64,000 bases of DNA from NCBI RefSeq assembly GCF_008831285.2, contig NC_045138.2:4340001-4404000 (forward strand). The letters run 5' to 3'. Below the pieces are notes generated by a model that saw only the letters and a list, made by a program, of their open reading frames with translations, made no database searches and had not been told where the DNA came from. This DNA comes from Nymphaea colorata. Taxonomy: Eukaryota. Of this stretch, positions 27,259-39,100 are shown piece by piece; within the stretch, counting starts at the first letter, position 1, and each line of letters begins with the position of its first letter. The translations under genes were made by a program, and so were the position numbers.

Positions 27259-27699
27259 CTGGAACTTTTCTCTTTACTTGCGAAGGATAAATGTTTTACA
27301 GGTTATTTGTTCTTATTCTCCTTACTATTTACATTGTAATAAGTATGTTTTATGTGAACAATGGTTGTAGTTTGTGTCATTACTGTATGAACTAATTCAG
27401 ATTTAATTTCTGTTTTATTCTTTTAAATTTTAACTACAAAGGTTTAAGTTTATAATTTTTTAAGTTTGCAGTTTGCACACCATATTCTGCTCTGTCAGAC
27501 TGCTTGTTTCTGTTTTCCCAATTTTTATTTTGTTGCTTATGTGGTTACCTTTTTTTATGTTATCTTATTAGTTTATCATTTATTTATTTTTTCCTATTTT
27601 CTAAGATTTTTTAAATTTTTAAAAAATTTGCTGTTGTTCCCATTCTTTTCCCAAAAAAACAAGGTTGCCGTATTATACCCATACAAAATTGCATCATTT

Positions 27700-28162
27700 A
27701 AAAGCCAAAAACGCTATTTGTGGCTATGCTCCAAATATGCACATTGTTTACTACAAGATTTGAATCTTTAAAAAGACTTACAATGAGCTTACCATCTCAT
27801 CCTGCTATACTTTCATGTTGTAAAAGAAATTGGAGAAGATATCCTCAAATGCACAATATCAAAAGTGGCAAGCATGCAGAGGATTTCGATTTTGTGTATT
27901 AATTTCTTCATGTTTGATTTTTTGCAGTAAATTGGATTATGCTCTTATAGTTATTATTCAATTTTCCAATTTTTATGTTGCAATTACATGCGATTGTGGG
28001 TCATCCAAATTTTGGGATGTAGATCCAAAAGAATTTCGCTCTGTAGGAGGGAATGACTTCCACATTCTTAATGTGGATTTAGATCCAGTTATTCCTTCTT
28101 TTGATGATTATGAGAACATTGAATGCATGGAAGATATTGATGAAACGACAAAAAGGTCATGA
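27700..28162 (+). mobile_element. Degenerate hAT transposase C-terminal (dimerisation domain) relic
   Basis: SLKRLTMSLPSHPAILSCCKRNWRRYPQMHNIKS...AEDFDFVY resembles the hAT dimerisation pattern LxxLAxRILSQPxSSSCCERNWS...H..KRN..AEDLV(F/Y)V; an acidic tail follows (WDVDPKEF...). Confidence 0.65.
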
Positions 28163-28345
28163 CTATGATTCTCATGAAGTATGAACTAAGAATAACATTA
28201 CTTGATTATGTAACAATTTGTTGGTTTTCCATGAAATCATTGATAGAATAATAGCTTGCTAATTGTAAACTGATAATTTTTGTTATTTGTAAACAATTTT
28301 TGTATTTCAAAATCGCCGCACCTGAACCCCAAACCTGTGACATAG

Positions 28346-30292
28346 TGTGTGACCAGTCAACAAACTAGTTATGCAATCAAACCCAGGCATATAATTAATT
28401 AGGCCTCCCTAATCCACTCAATGTCAACTACTCCAGTTGACCTGGCCGAGGACTAATTAGAGGTTGAATAGAGTTCATCAGAGTGCATTGTTTTTAGAGA
28501 TTGAATAGAGTTTATCAGAATGCACCCACTCATATTCACTAAAATCTAAGTGAATCAAGTAGGAATCGCTACCATGATTAAGTCATATTGCGACAAAAAA
28601 TTGAGCACCTCACTTATTTTGACGCAGAAACACAAAATTTTCAACATAGTTATAAAACACAACATAAGAAATCAATTTCAAAATGATTCCATTGGATTTT
28701 TCTCAAAATCAAACCGATTTTCAAATCCAAAAATCTACTCAAGCAAATTTTCATAACCTTGAATAACATTCAAAGAAAAAATCAAAATTTCAATTTTTTC
28801 CAATCAAGAAAATTCTCCTAAAACTAGACTTGGACTCTCAATTTCCAATTTTCTAATCCCATTTCAAGATCAAATCCAACCAAATCAAATCAAATCTCTC
28901 AAAATACCAAAACTGGATTCAAATATCAAAATATTAAGCCCAAAGATGTTTTCAAAAATTTTGAATTGGTCGAGCTCCAACCATTCCAAACCCAAAATTT
29001 CAATCTCAAAGATCTGAATCTCAGAAATTTCAGCTGGAATTCAATCCAATTTTCCCAAATTCAATTTTGGCTTCCAAATTGAATTCAGGTTCCAAGGCTT
29101 CCAAGAATTTTCAAGTCACATTTCAAATCCCAAAATCCAAACTATCTTTGAAATTCTAAAGTCTAGCCCAAACTATCAATTTTCAATTCCAAGATCCTAG
29201 TTTCAAGAACAAAGCTTCAAATTTACCCAATCTCTAATTTGATTCAAAATCCAATATTCTGATTGTCAATTTCCAATTTTAAATTTTAAACTTTGGGATC
29301 AACTCAAGGTTGAATTGCTAAAAATCCATGATTAATTAAAAATTCTTTTTCAAGGATGAACTCCCAATCTTCAAAATTTTGAAATGCAGAAATATTTTCA
29401 AACAAATCCAAGTCTTTGCTTAAAATGAAGTTTAAAATCCGAATTCCAATCTTCACACATGGTGCAGAGAAAAAAAAAAACTTGTCAAGCTACAGAAAAC
29501 TCAGATATTGGATCGATTACCCCTATTTATGGTGGCAGGGGCAGTTCCCTTTCTCTTAAAATCTATTTTCAAGCAAAACTTGATGTTTGCTGCTTCGTGC
29601 AAACTTCCCAGCCCACACGGCTGGAAGTGGGGTGCGAACATAAAATCATAGATATGTTCAACCAAAATTTTGTTGTTAAAAAAGGCCAAAATTTTAAACA
29701 TATTTTTAAGATGTAAAAGTTATGTTTTTTTAACTCATCAATCTTTTATGCATTGCGATCTCTTGAATTTGTTTGCGAATTTTGAAATGGTTTTTATACA
29801 TTGGGACAGTGAAGAATGGACGAAGAACATACTTGCTTTCAGCCATCGGCTCTGTCTCGATCAGCTTTGTTTTCATCCAATTGTAATAACCAATCAATAT
29901 AAACTCAGCAGATAGGAGTAAAAATCAATTGCAACCAGGAAAAAGAACACCAAGTCTGATTGCAATCACAAAAGCCATTGGTAGGAGTAACCAAATACAG
30001 AAATAGAAATTTATGGAAGAAATGAAGAAAATTATTCCAAAAATTTCACAGGAGAATTGAATCAATGAAGACAACCACAAAGAAATGAAGAGTCTCAAGA
30101 TGATTGGAGAAGGCAATAAAGAAGGGAAGCCAAAAAACGAAAAATCCACAACTCTCTTCCTTGTCTGGAATTCAACACAAGGAAATCCACCAGCTGAAGG
30201 CAAACTTACCAATCCGAATCGCAAGTCGCCCAAGTCAGTTAGGATCATCCCTTTATTGCAAGTCGAAGCCGCCGAGTTAGCTGGGATTGTCA
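28346..30292. mobile_element. Possible LTR-retrotransposon non-coding fragment or solo LTR
   Basis: Strand-biased low-complexity CAAATTTTC/TCCAAA sequence bounded by TG...CA ('gggattgtca' at 30292). No TSD or PBS confirmed. Confidence 0.3.
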
Positions 30293-31553
30293 ACTAAGTT
30301 CGTTTCCTTTTTTTATTGTGCATTGGTTAATACTGAAGTTTGTATTTTTTGAGTTGTGAAATATAGTATACTTTATTACGTATACAAACATACTCATATT
30401 ATATGTCATTCACTTTTATTTGATGATAAAATCAAATATGAAGTCTCAACAGACTTACCACTTTCATTTATTAATTATTCCAATGATATAACTTAGCCGA
30501 GTTGCCGAGCCACTCTCTCTAACCCCATAACCCAGTCTTCAACCAATCCGAGTCTGAGTCATGAGTTTACCAACTATGTGCTCTCCTTTTAGTTCCCACT
30601 GAAGGTAAGAGGAAAAAAAATTGGTTTTTAGCTTAGAAAAGGAGCAATGAAAAGTTTGTATCCACCTGGTTGAATTGCTCTTACGGGTATAGGCTGAATT
30701 TTTATGAAACAAAAAGAAGCAAAATCTCAAAACCATAAGGGTATTTGGTTAGTTTGCATTTTAATTTATATATACATGATGTGGTAAATGTTTGTTGGTT
30801 TGAGCATTTCTTGATATGACAAAAGATCCACATCAATAAATATAGTTCATCAAACTAAGGATCTTAAATCAAACAAATATATGTACAATTGAGATCCTCA
30901 TTTTACTTCTTGCATTAGCAAAAGACTTGATCTAATTAAGATTGGTGAGAAAGCTCCCATACTAAATCTATGGACCTCAAATCCTGAGGGTCTTCCCCCA
31001 CATTCACTTCTTTGAAACTCGAGGCACAGGATCGCTGATTTTCCAACGAGTCCAAGTTGAACAAGTCTTCCCCGATTTTATGATCTCCAATCACTGGTAT
31101 TTAGACCTCAAAAAAAAAAGACAAATTACATGTAAATTTTTACAAAAATTTCTGATGTAAAAAAAAAAAAAAAAATATGTTTGCTGTTGTTAAAGATTTT
31201 GAAACTATATTTTGGCCCTTAATGAAAAATTCCTTACTCTACCCTGCTTGTATCTTCAGTGGCAACAAAGAAATAAGGAAAAGACAAATGAGAGAGGAAA
31301 AAAAAACACGGTCGATAAAGTCACGTAGAGGGAGAGAGCATGAGAAGCTAAAAGTGAAAAGGCGAGACCATGCGCAGTGGGTACTTAAAAGGGCGTAGTT
31401 GATTAAAAGTATGTACCATTGAATAACTTTACCGATATAGATCTGTCTTTTACGTATAGTTTGATCCTTTGGAAACCTTTAACTGTAAATTGTTTCAAGG
31501 AATCACTGGAATGGAAACTGTTGTCCCCGTTTTAGTTATGAGGCATGTGTGAT

Positions 31554-31742
31554 CAGGGGTAGAACCAGAAATTTTTTGTCGCAAGGGCCAAACTATAGTT
31601 TTAAAATTTTAACATAGGCCAAAATAGAAAATTTCAAATTTTTTATATATATTAAACTACAATTTTTTAGATTTACATATAAATTTTTAAAATCTGAGGG
31701 TGGGTCAAGGACCTTGCAGGCCCCTCCTTCCCTCCACCTCTG
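31554..31742. mobile_element. hAT-type MITE
   Basis: TIRs CAGGGGTAGA / TCCACCTCTG and a perfect 8-bp TSD TGTGTGAT (31546-31553, 31743-31750). Confidence 0.85.
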
Positions 31743-31829
31743 TGTGTGATGGAATGGAATGAAGATTTAAAAATTTATATATATTACTTCAAATGTAGAT
31801 GAGTGTTCTCATGTTTGATGAAAAGAAAT

Positions 31830-34709
31830 GGGCTTGGTGTTGGTGCTGGGCGGACATTCACCCAAATCCACGCCCACCACCCCCCCCCCCCCCCCCCCCC
31901 GTCACCCCTCAAAACACAAGACCAAGAACATCTTAGCGAAAAAGCCTATGGTTAAGCGAGAAGATATATTCATGCCCATCTGCAAATAGGCAAACAAAAA
32001 CATGCAGAAATTAGCGTCCATCGTCACGTCCATCGTGTTGGCCATACAACAAGAGTTGCTGACCTGCATCCACTGAAGGAAGGTGTTCATGTACACTGAT
32101 TCTATCATAACACTTTCTGAAAAGGACCCATCTTAATGAAATGGTTCTGCGCCCTTCAATCGTGGCTCGCATTCTTCGTTTCCAGTCGTTGTTAGTGGAT
32201 ATGATTGTAAGGCGTCCTGAGCTGTTCATCATCTTACCTAACCAAAACTCCAATAGGTGCATTTCAGTAGTATCCCCCCCACTGTGGGCCATTCTACTGA
32301 CCGACTTGTAACCTCCAGCATCCCTGTCCCACCATACTGCAGCCACCATTAGCCTTGATTTAATTCTACTATGTACAATTTGAAGAGTATGATCATCCTT
32401 ATGTATTTCTTCTCTTTTACTACAAAAAATACCAGTGGACCACCAAAGTTGGATCAGTTGCCAGTCTTCCTCCTGTGAAAAATTTGCCTCAGCCACCCTC
32501 TGACCTATCTTCCAAATCCTATTCGTGATGCTACGAATGGATGGATGCTGCCAATTATCATGGGCAGCTTGGTTGCGAGTCCACCAGAGTTGCCATACTA
32601 CAATATGGAACATAACATGCCAATACTTACTGATCCATTTATGTGGAAACTTAACCTCGTACCAGTATTTAAGCTCCTCATTAATGTTCCTCCAAGGGGT
32701 TCTCCTTCGATTGAATTTACTCACTGCCCAGCTCCACACATTCCTGGCCACTGGGCAGGAAAATAAAATATGATGATTACTCTCTTCCTCAGATTTACAA
32801 AGGAAGCATCTATTAACTAAGGGCAGACCCATATGCTTCAAATGGTCAGTAGTCAGCAGCCGATGTTTGGAGGCTAAGTAAACAAACCAATTGGCGCGCG
32901 CCGGGACATTAGCATCCCAAACCAGCTTCTTCCAAGTCTCCTTGTTTCCTTTGTTTCTCACCATGTTCCAAACAAGTGAGCTAGTGATTTCTTGGTTAGC
33001 ATTAGTTTTGAAAACCAGTCTGTCATCCCCGTTAGAGAGATGAGTATCTTTGATATCATTCAGCAAGAAGGAGAAAGAATTCTCATCAATTCTGTAGTCG
33101 TTAATGGCATCCATCAGAGAGAGGTGACGGTCGTGCTTGACCTTCTCATAGAGTTCTCCTTGAACTCTATGTAAGAGGATACCATGACTCCAATCATCCA
33201 CCCAGAATCTGATCATTTTTCCGTTGCCAGCTTTCCAAAAAACGAGATTTTCTATCAGTATCCATCCCCAGCCAAGGCTGACCCATGCCCAAGAACCTTT
33301 CCATGGCTTCTTAGCAGACTAGAAGCTCCTAATATTCCTGAGATACCGCATTCGAAACCACAAAGCTAACAAAGAATTGCCCTCTAAACTTTTGCAGCAT
33401 CTAATAGCCATGAGTGTTGCATTCCACTCCACAAGGGCCCGAAGTCCTACACCACCCTCCTCCTTAGGCTTACACAAATCTTTCCAAGCAATTAGATGGA
33501 TGGCCCTGGAGGCACTATTGTGAGCCCAAAGGAAGTGCGCCATTGTCCTTTTGATAGTGATCAGAGTTTTTTTTGGCAATCTAAAACCTTGCATCCAGTA
33601 GACCCCCAAAATCGCAAGATTATGTTTGACTAGGCACAAGCGCTCTGCAGAGGAGAGGAAATTAGTTTGCCATGCTGTCATTTTTTTTTCAAGTCTACCA
33701 ATTAGATCAGTACAATGATCTCCTTTATTTTGCCAACAAAAAGAGGCAGACCAAGATACTTGGAGGGAAGCTTATCAGTTTTCCATTCCAATACAGGGGA
33801 CAGGAGGATGGCTTTGCTATTGCTGACTCCAAACATGAAAATGGATGATTTCCTCCCATTGATCTTGAGGCCTGCGCATCTCTCCAGTTGACCAAGGAAA
33901 GAGGCAATTTTGGATAGAGATCTGCGAGTAGCTCTGCAGAAAAGCAATACGTCATCTGCAAAAAGGAGAGAGTGGATGTTAGGCAAAGAGTGCGGCATTT
34001 TGGGGAGCTTGATGATTCCCCTATTCAACCGATTTTGAAGGCCACGGCCAAACAACTCCATGACTATTATGAATAGGTAGGGGGAGAGAGGATCTCCCTG
34101 TCGAAGTCCCTTTCTGCACTCAAAGAATCTACCTTCTTCCCCATTAAGAAGGATGGAGAAGGTCACTGTCGACACACATGTCATGATACGAGTCACCCAT
34201 GTGGGGTGAAAACCAAGCCTTAGCGTGCTATTTTTGAGGAAATTCCATGAAACTCGGTCATATGCTTTGGAGAGGTCCATCTTGAGCATAATTGCTTCAC
34301 TCTTCCGTTTGTGAAGAAAGTCCACCAAATCATTAGCTAGAGCGACTTGATCATGAATAATTCTCCCCTTAAGAAAAGCTCCTTGATTGAGGCAAGTAAT
34401 GCGGTTCAAGATATTTTGCATACGGTTAACCGTCACTTTAGAGATGATTTTGTAGAGGCTGTTACAAAGAGCAATAGGCCGGAAGTCCTCAACTCGAGTG
34501 GCCCCGCGAAACTTGGGAATGAGCATTAAGTTGGTACGATTGATGCTTTTGACGAACTTCCCACAATTTAAAAAGATACTGATAGCTAGGTGGATGTGGT
34601 GCTGGATGGTAGACCACATAATTTGATAAAAATCATTCGCAAAACCATCAGGACCTGCGGCGCTGTCCTCATCTAGACCAAAGACTGCCTTTTTTACTTC
34701 CTCCAAGGT
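31830..34709 (-). mobile_element. 5'-truncated L1-clade LINE (ORF2: RT, zf-RVT, degenerate RNase H-like tail), decayed
   Basis: ORF pieces 34709-33702 (GPDGF, FRPIALCN, KMDLSKAYDRVSW, GLRQGDPLSPYLF, LLFADD, KYLGLPL), 33681-33319 and 33216-32011 (CFLCKSEEESNHHILFSC, LWWTRN). Frameshift near 33720 and in-frame TAG at 33319-33321. The 3' boundary is approximate. Confidence 0.93.
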
Positions 34710-34849
34710 CGACCTCATCCGGGAGAATTCCGTTTGCTGGTACGGTTACGTGAGGAAGAAGAATTGTGGCTTCTAACACGAGTTGGTGAAGATCGGGTGG
34801 AAACCAAATTATCCTACCGAGTGAAGTGCAATAAGCAAAAACAGAGGAG

Positions 34850-34896
34850 ATGGCAATGGTAATCGATGCATTTGCAGAAACAGCCATATCTATTCT
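34850..34896 (+). pseudogene. Short fragment of a paralogous NLR 5' end (MAMVIDAFAETAISIL)
   Basis: 42/47 nt identical to the NLR start at 36121-36167. Confidence 0.7.
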
Positions 34897-36120
34897 AATG
34901 GGGGTTTGTTGGAACCAAAAGGAAAAAACACTTGAATTTGATCAAGACAAACTTCTGGGTCAAAATCAGGAGCATCTGACCCAACTATGTGTTGTAAACT
35001 ACCGCTGCCTCTAGATGGTCCTACAGCCTTTCAACCTTCACTGCCTCCACTGATTTGTAGCCCAAGCCCTCATTTGTTTTTCACCACCGTCTCTGCCTGA
35101 CCAATAGTTGTTCCTTATAATTACCTCATCTCGGTTGCTCATAATTAACAAGTATCACAATACAATAAAACATCATTTTGCATTTTATAATCCATATTTT
35201 TCGTTAGTTTTTATGTGGTTTTAAAAAAGCAAATAGACGAACATTAAATTACGAAAAAAAAATATATGAAAAACATGTCCCTAAACTGAAGAAAATTAAA
35301 TATAACTATAACGTTATTGCAATTTTAAATATAAACTAAGTTTAAGGATTACAGTAAAATAAGGTTCTTCACAATGATAAGAAAATCGAAAACATGAATA
35401 TTTTTTTCATTATTTAATGCTATCAATCTTAAAACTTCATTTTTTTCCAAATTTAAAAGAATTAAGTGAAAAGAATTCAGTATAGGAAAGAACCAATGAA
35501 TTTTCTAGCTAGGTACCATCGAGTATTTACTTTGTTTTTTTTATTAATAAAAAATCAGGTTAAGTACAATATTTTTTAGAAATAGACAGGTAGCACTATT
35601 GAATCAGTTCATGTAATCAAATACTCTTACTTAGATAATAAGTTCAAATATTAAGGGCATTATTGTAAATCAATTCAAATTATCTCTTTTCCTTCCATTT
35701 ATATCCAAACAAGGTTTGCTTTTAAAATAATATATTTTTTCTTCCTGACATGCGATCTGTTTTCTTGTGTAGGCTGCCGACATGGATGAAGCATTGAGAA
35801 CAAGATCTACTTGGAGGTCTAAATGAAATTTTGGATTTTGAAAAAGAAAAAGAATCATGCATCCAAATTTTTTAAGATAATACAACGAGAAATCCGACAA
35901 ACGTCAGAAAAAGGAAGTGCGGGTGATGTAAAGTTTGTGGTTTGGGAAATTTGCAGGATTTATTTAGCATCAATCATGGACCTTGCCAGCCTGTAGAGCA
36001 CATGGGCAGGATGCATCTATCCTTAGCTTTTTGCCTTTATCATTACTTCTTTGCCTTTCTTCCCCTCCCTTGAAAATTGCTCCTCTTCCTCTTCCTCTTC
36101 TGCCTACTAAGAAATCGAGC

Positions 36121-39100
36121 ATGGCAATAGTAATCGATGCACTTGCAGAAGCAGCCATTTCTAATCTGTTCCGGTCTGTAACGAGTTTGTTGAAAGACAA
36201 GGTCGACCTCATCCGGGATGCCAAAGTCCAACTCCAGAAGCTCCAGGAGAAGCTGGAACGCTTGCAGAATGCCATCAAAGTCGTAGAGCGAAAACCATTT
36301 TTCAGCAATGAGCGCAACAGAGATCTGGAGGCACAGCTGAAGGATGTTTTCTATGATGCCCAGGACTTCATTGAAAGATACCAAACCACAATTGCACTTT
36401 GCCAAAGGGACAAGCATTCTACAACTTCATGGAACAAGGTAAGCAAGCCCTGGATCACTTTGTGCTCTTGCTTTAAACAACATGTATCTGCTTCTTACCA
36501 ACTTGGGAATGAAATTAAAAAGATCAACCAAAAGCTTAATGAAATAGAACAACGTAAGGAAATGGTGGATTTGCTCAACCCAACACCAAAAGTTAAGAGT
36601 GAGGATCCTATTGATGGTGAACATGACAATCCTCGAGAGACAACCCATCTCATAAGTACTGCACAACCACCCATGGGAAGGGCAGATGATAAAGAGAAAG
36701 TAAAAGAACTCTTGTTTGATGGCTTTACAAAGAGTAGTGCGCTAGGAAAAGATGGTGTTTCTATTATATCCATTGTAGGTCAAGGTGGGATTGGGAAAAC
36801 AACTCTTGCAAAAATGGTTTTTAATGAAGTTGAAGAACAATTCGGGAACCGCAGGTGGTGGGTTTGTGTTTCAGAGAAACCAAATCGTATGGGTTTGCTG
36901 CAAAAGATACTAAAGGAGGTATGCAAGGAATCAAAAGGAGAACCCCTTAAGGGCAGTACTTCCTTCCCTGATTTGTGCACACAATTACAGGGTGAGCTGT
37001 CAAAGAGCAAGTTCTTATTAGTCTTAGATGATGTATGGGAATTAGATGGGTGGTGGGGAGACGTAGAAGGGATCCTGTTGGGAGGTGCAATGGAAAGCAA
37101 GATTTTGATCACTAGTAGAAATGCAGAAGTCTGCCAAGGGATTGGTGCTAGAATGCATAAATTGCCAAAAATGTCATTGGATGAAAGTTGGAGTTTGTTT
37201 CTACGTGTGGCGAAGAAACAAGAACATGAATTGGTGACTCACAATTTGAAAGGTATTGGGGAGAAAATAGTGGCAAAGTGTGGTGGGTTGCCACTTGTTG
37301 TCCAGACGGTAGGATCCTTAATGCGTACAAAAGGGATGACGAAAGACGACTGGGAAAGCGTTGAGAAGAGTGAGATCTGGAAATGGAAGATGCCTGCCTC
37401 ATCATCATCCTCTGAAATATCCGGTAGCATTCTTCCTGGTCTCATCCTGAGCTATGATGACTTGCCACATTATTTGAAGAGTTGTTTTGTATATTGTTGC
37501 ATTTATCCCAAAGACTATGAGATAGAAAGAGATACATTGGTCATGCAATGGATGGCGCATGGACTGATTGACCAAGATAAAGGCATTGATGTGGAAGTGA
37601 GTGCTGACCAATGGATTAATGATTTGATAAATCGATTTATGATTGAAGAAACTGAATATAAGAAACTCAAATTGCACGACATTTTGCATGACCTTGCCTT
37701 ATATATATGTGGAAAGGAATGTAGTCATGACTCTGCTACTAAGCACACCCGCCATCTGTCATTATTTGGTGCCGACGATGCAGAAGTACACAAACGTAAT
37801 GCCTCGGGAGCAGTAAATAAGTTGCGCACATTGTTGGGCGATTCTGATTCCAATTCCGATTCCAAGTCAGACTTGTCTTTGATTTATATTAAACACTTCA
37901 ACAATTTCAAGTGGTTGAGGGTGTTGTCATTGAGAGGATGTCAAATGGATGAGTTGCCAAAGTCCATTGAAGACCTTTCACTTCTAAAATATCTAGATCT
38001 TAGCAGTTCTCATGTGAAACGGTTGCCCAATTCAATCAGCAGACTCTGTAACTTGCAAACATTGGATTTAAGTTATACTAGCATTGAAGAGTTGCCCAAG
38101 GAAATGGGCGAACTGTGCAACTTGAGGTATCTTGGCCTATACAAGACAGTGTCATTGAAATTTGTAGCCGAAGGTCTGGGGAAGCTTACTAATTTACGGA
38201 CCTTGCATAGCTTTGTGGTATGCGATGACAAAGGGGAGACAAGAGGTTGCAATATTAATGAACTGAAAGACTTGAAGAAACTAAAGGGGGAATTGTCAAT
38301 TGAAGGTTTGCGTGGGGGAAGGGTGAAAGTGAAGGATGCAAAGAAGGTATTTCTTAAGGATAGGCATGAGCTAAATAGGGTGGAATTTCATTTCAAGGGG
38401 CAAGAGGATGATAGAGCGGATAATGCTTCTGAAGAGAGGGGTTTGCTGGAGGCTTTGGAACCTCCACATGGCATAGAGAGCTTGGAAATTTGGAATTATA
38501 AAGGAGATAGGCCTGCGTGGTATTTGGACAGCAATTATGTGAAGCTGCGGACACTACGGCTGTACTCTTGCCCATTGTGGGCAGCAGTGATGGGAATTAA
38601 ATCATTGGAAAAATTGGAGGTGAGAGAATGCCCAACATTTGGTGCATTGCCGAGCATGCCTTTGTTGAAGTGGTTGGAGATTTTGAAGTGTGATGGGCTC
38701 AACAGGATTGGTGACTTGCCTGCATTGGAGTCATTGGATATTAGGGACTGTGATGGGCTCAACAGGATTGGTGACTTGCCTGCATTGGAGTCATTGGAGG
38801 TTTCGGAGTGTGATGGGCTCAACACGATTGGTGACATGCCAGCTGTAAAGGAGTTGAGGTTGTTTGATTTGCCCAACTGGGAATCAAGATTTACTTCTAT
38901 GCCATGCTTAAGAGAGGCCTTTATTTCGAATTGTCCAAAGACGCAGATGGAAGGTTTGAGTGATGAGTTGGCAGGGCTGGAATCGCTGACAGTGTGGAAT
39001 TGCCCAAGTGCAAGATTGGGATGGAAATTGTTGGAGCAACTGCCTAACCTCATTTGGTTGTCATTGGATTCAGAATCAGCAGTAGTAGTGCCATCGCCAT

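Noticed and set aside
35983..36120. 46-aa N-terminal extension of the NLR in the ORF track
   Set aside because: Starts at a non-ATG codon and is a CT-rich 5' UTR; the paralogous fragment at 34850 also begins at the 36121-equivalent ATG.
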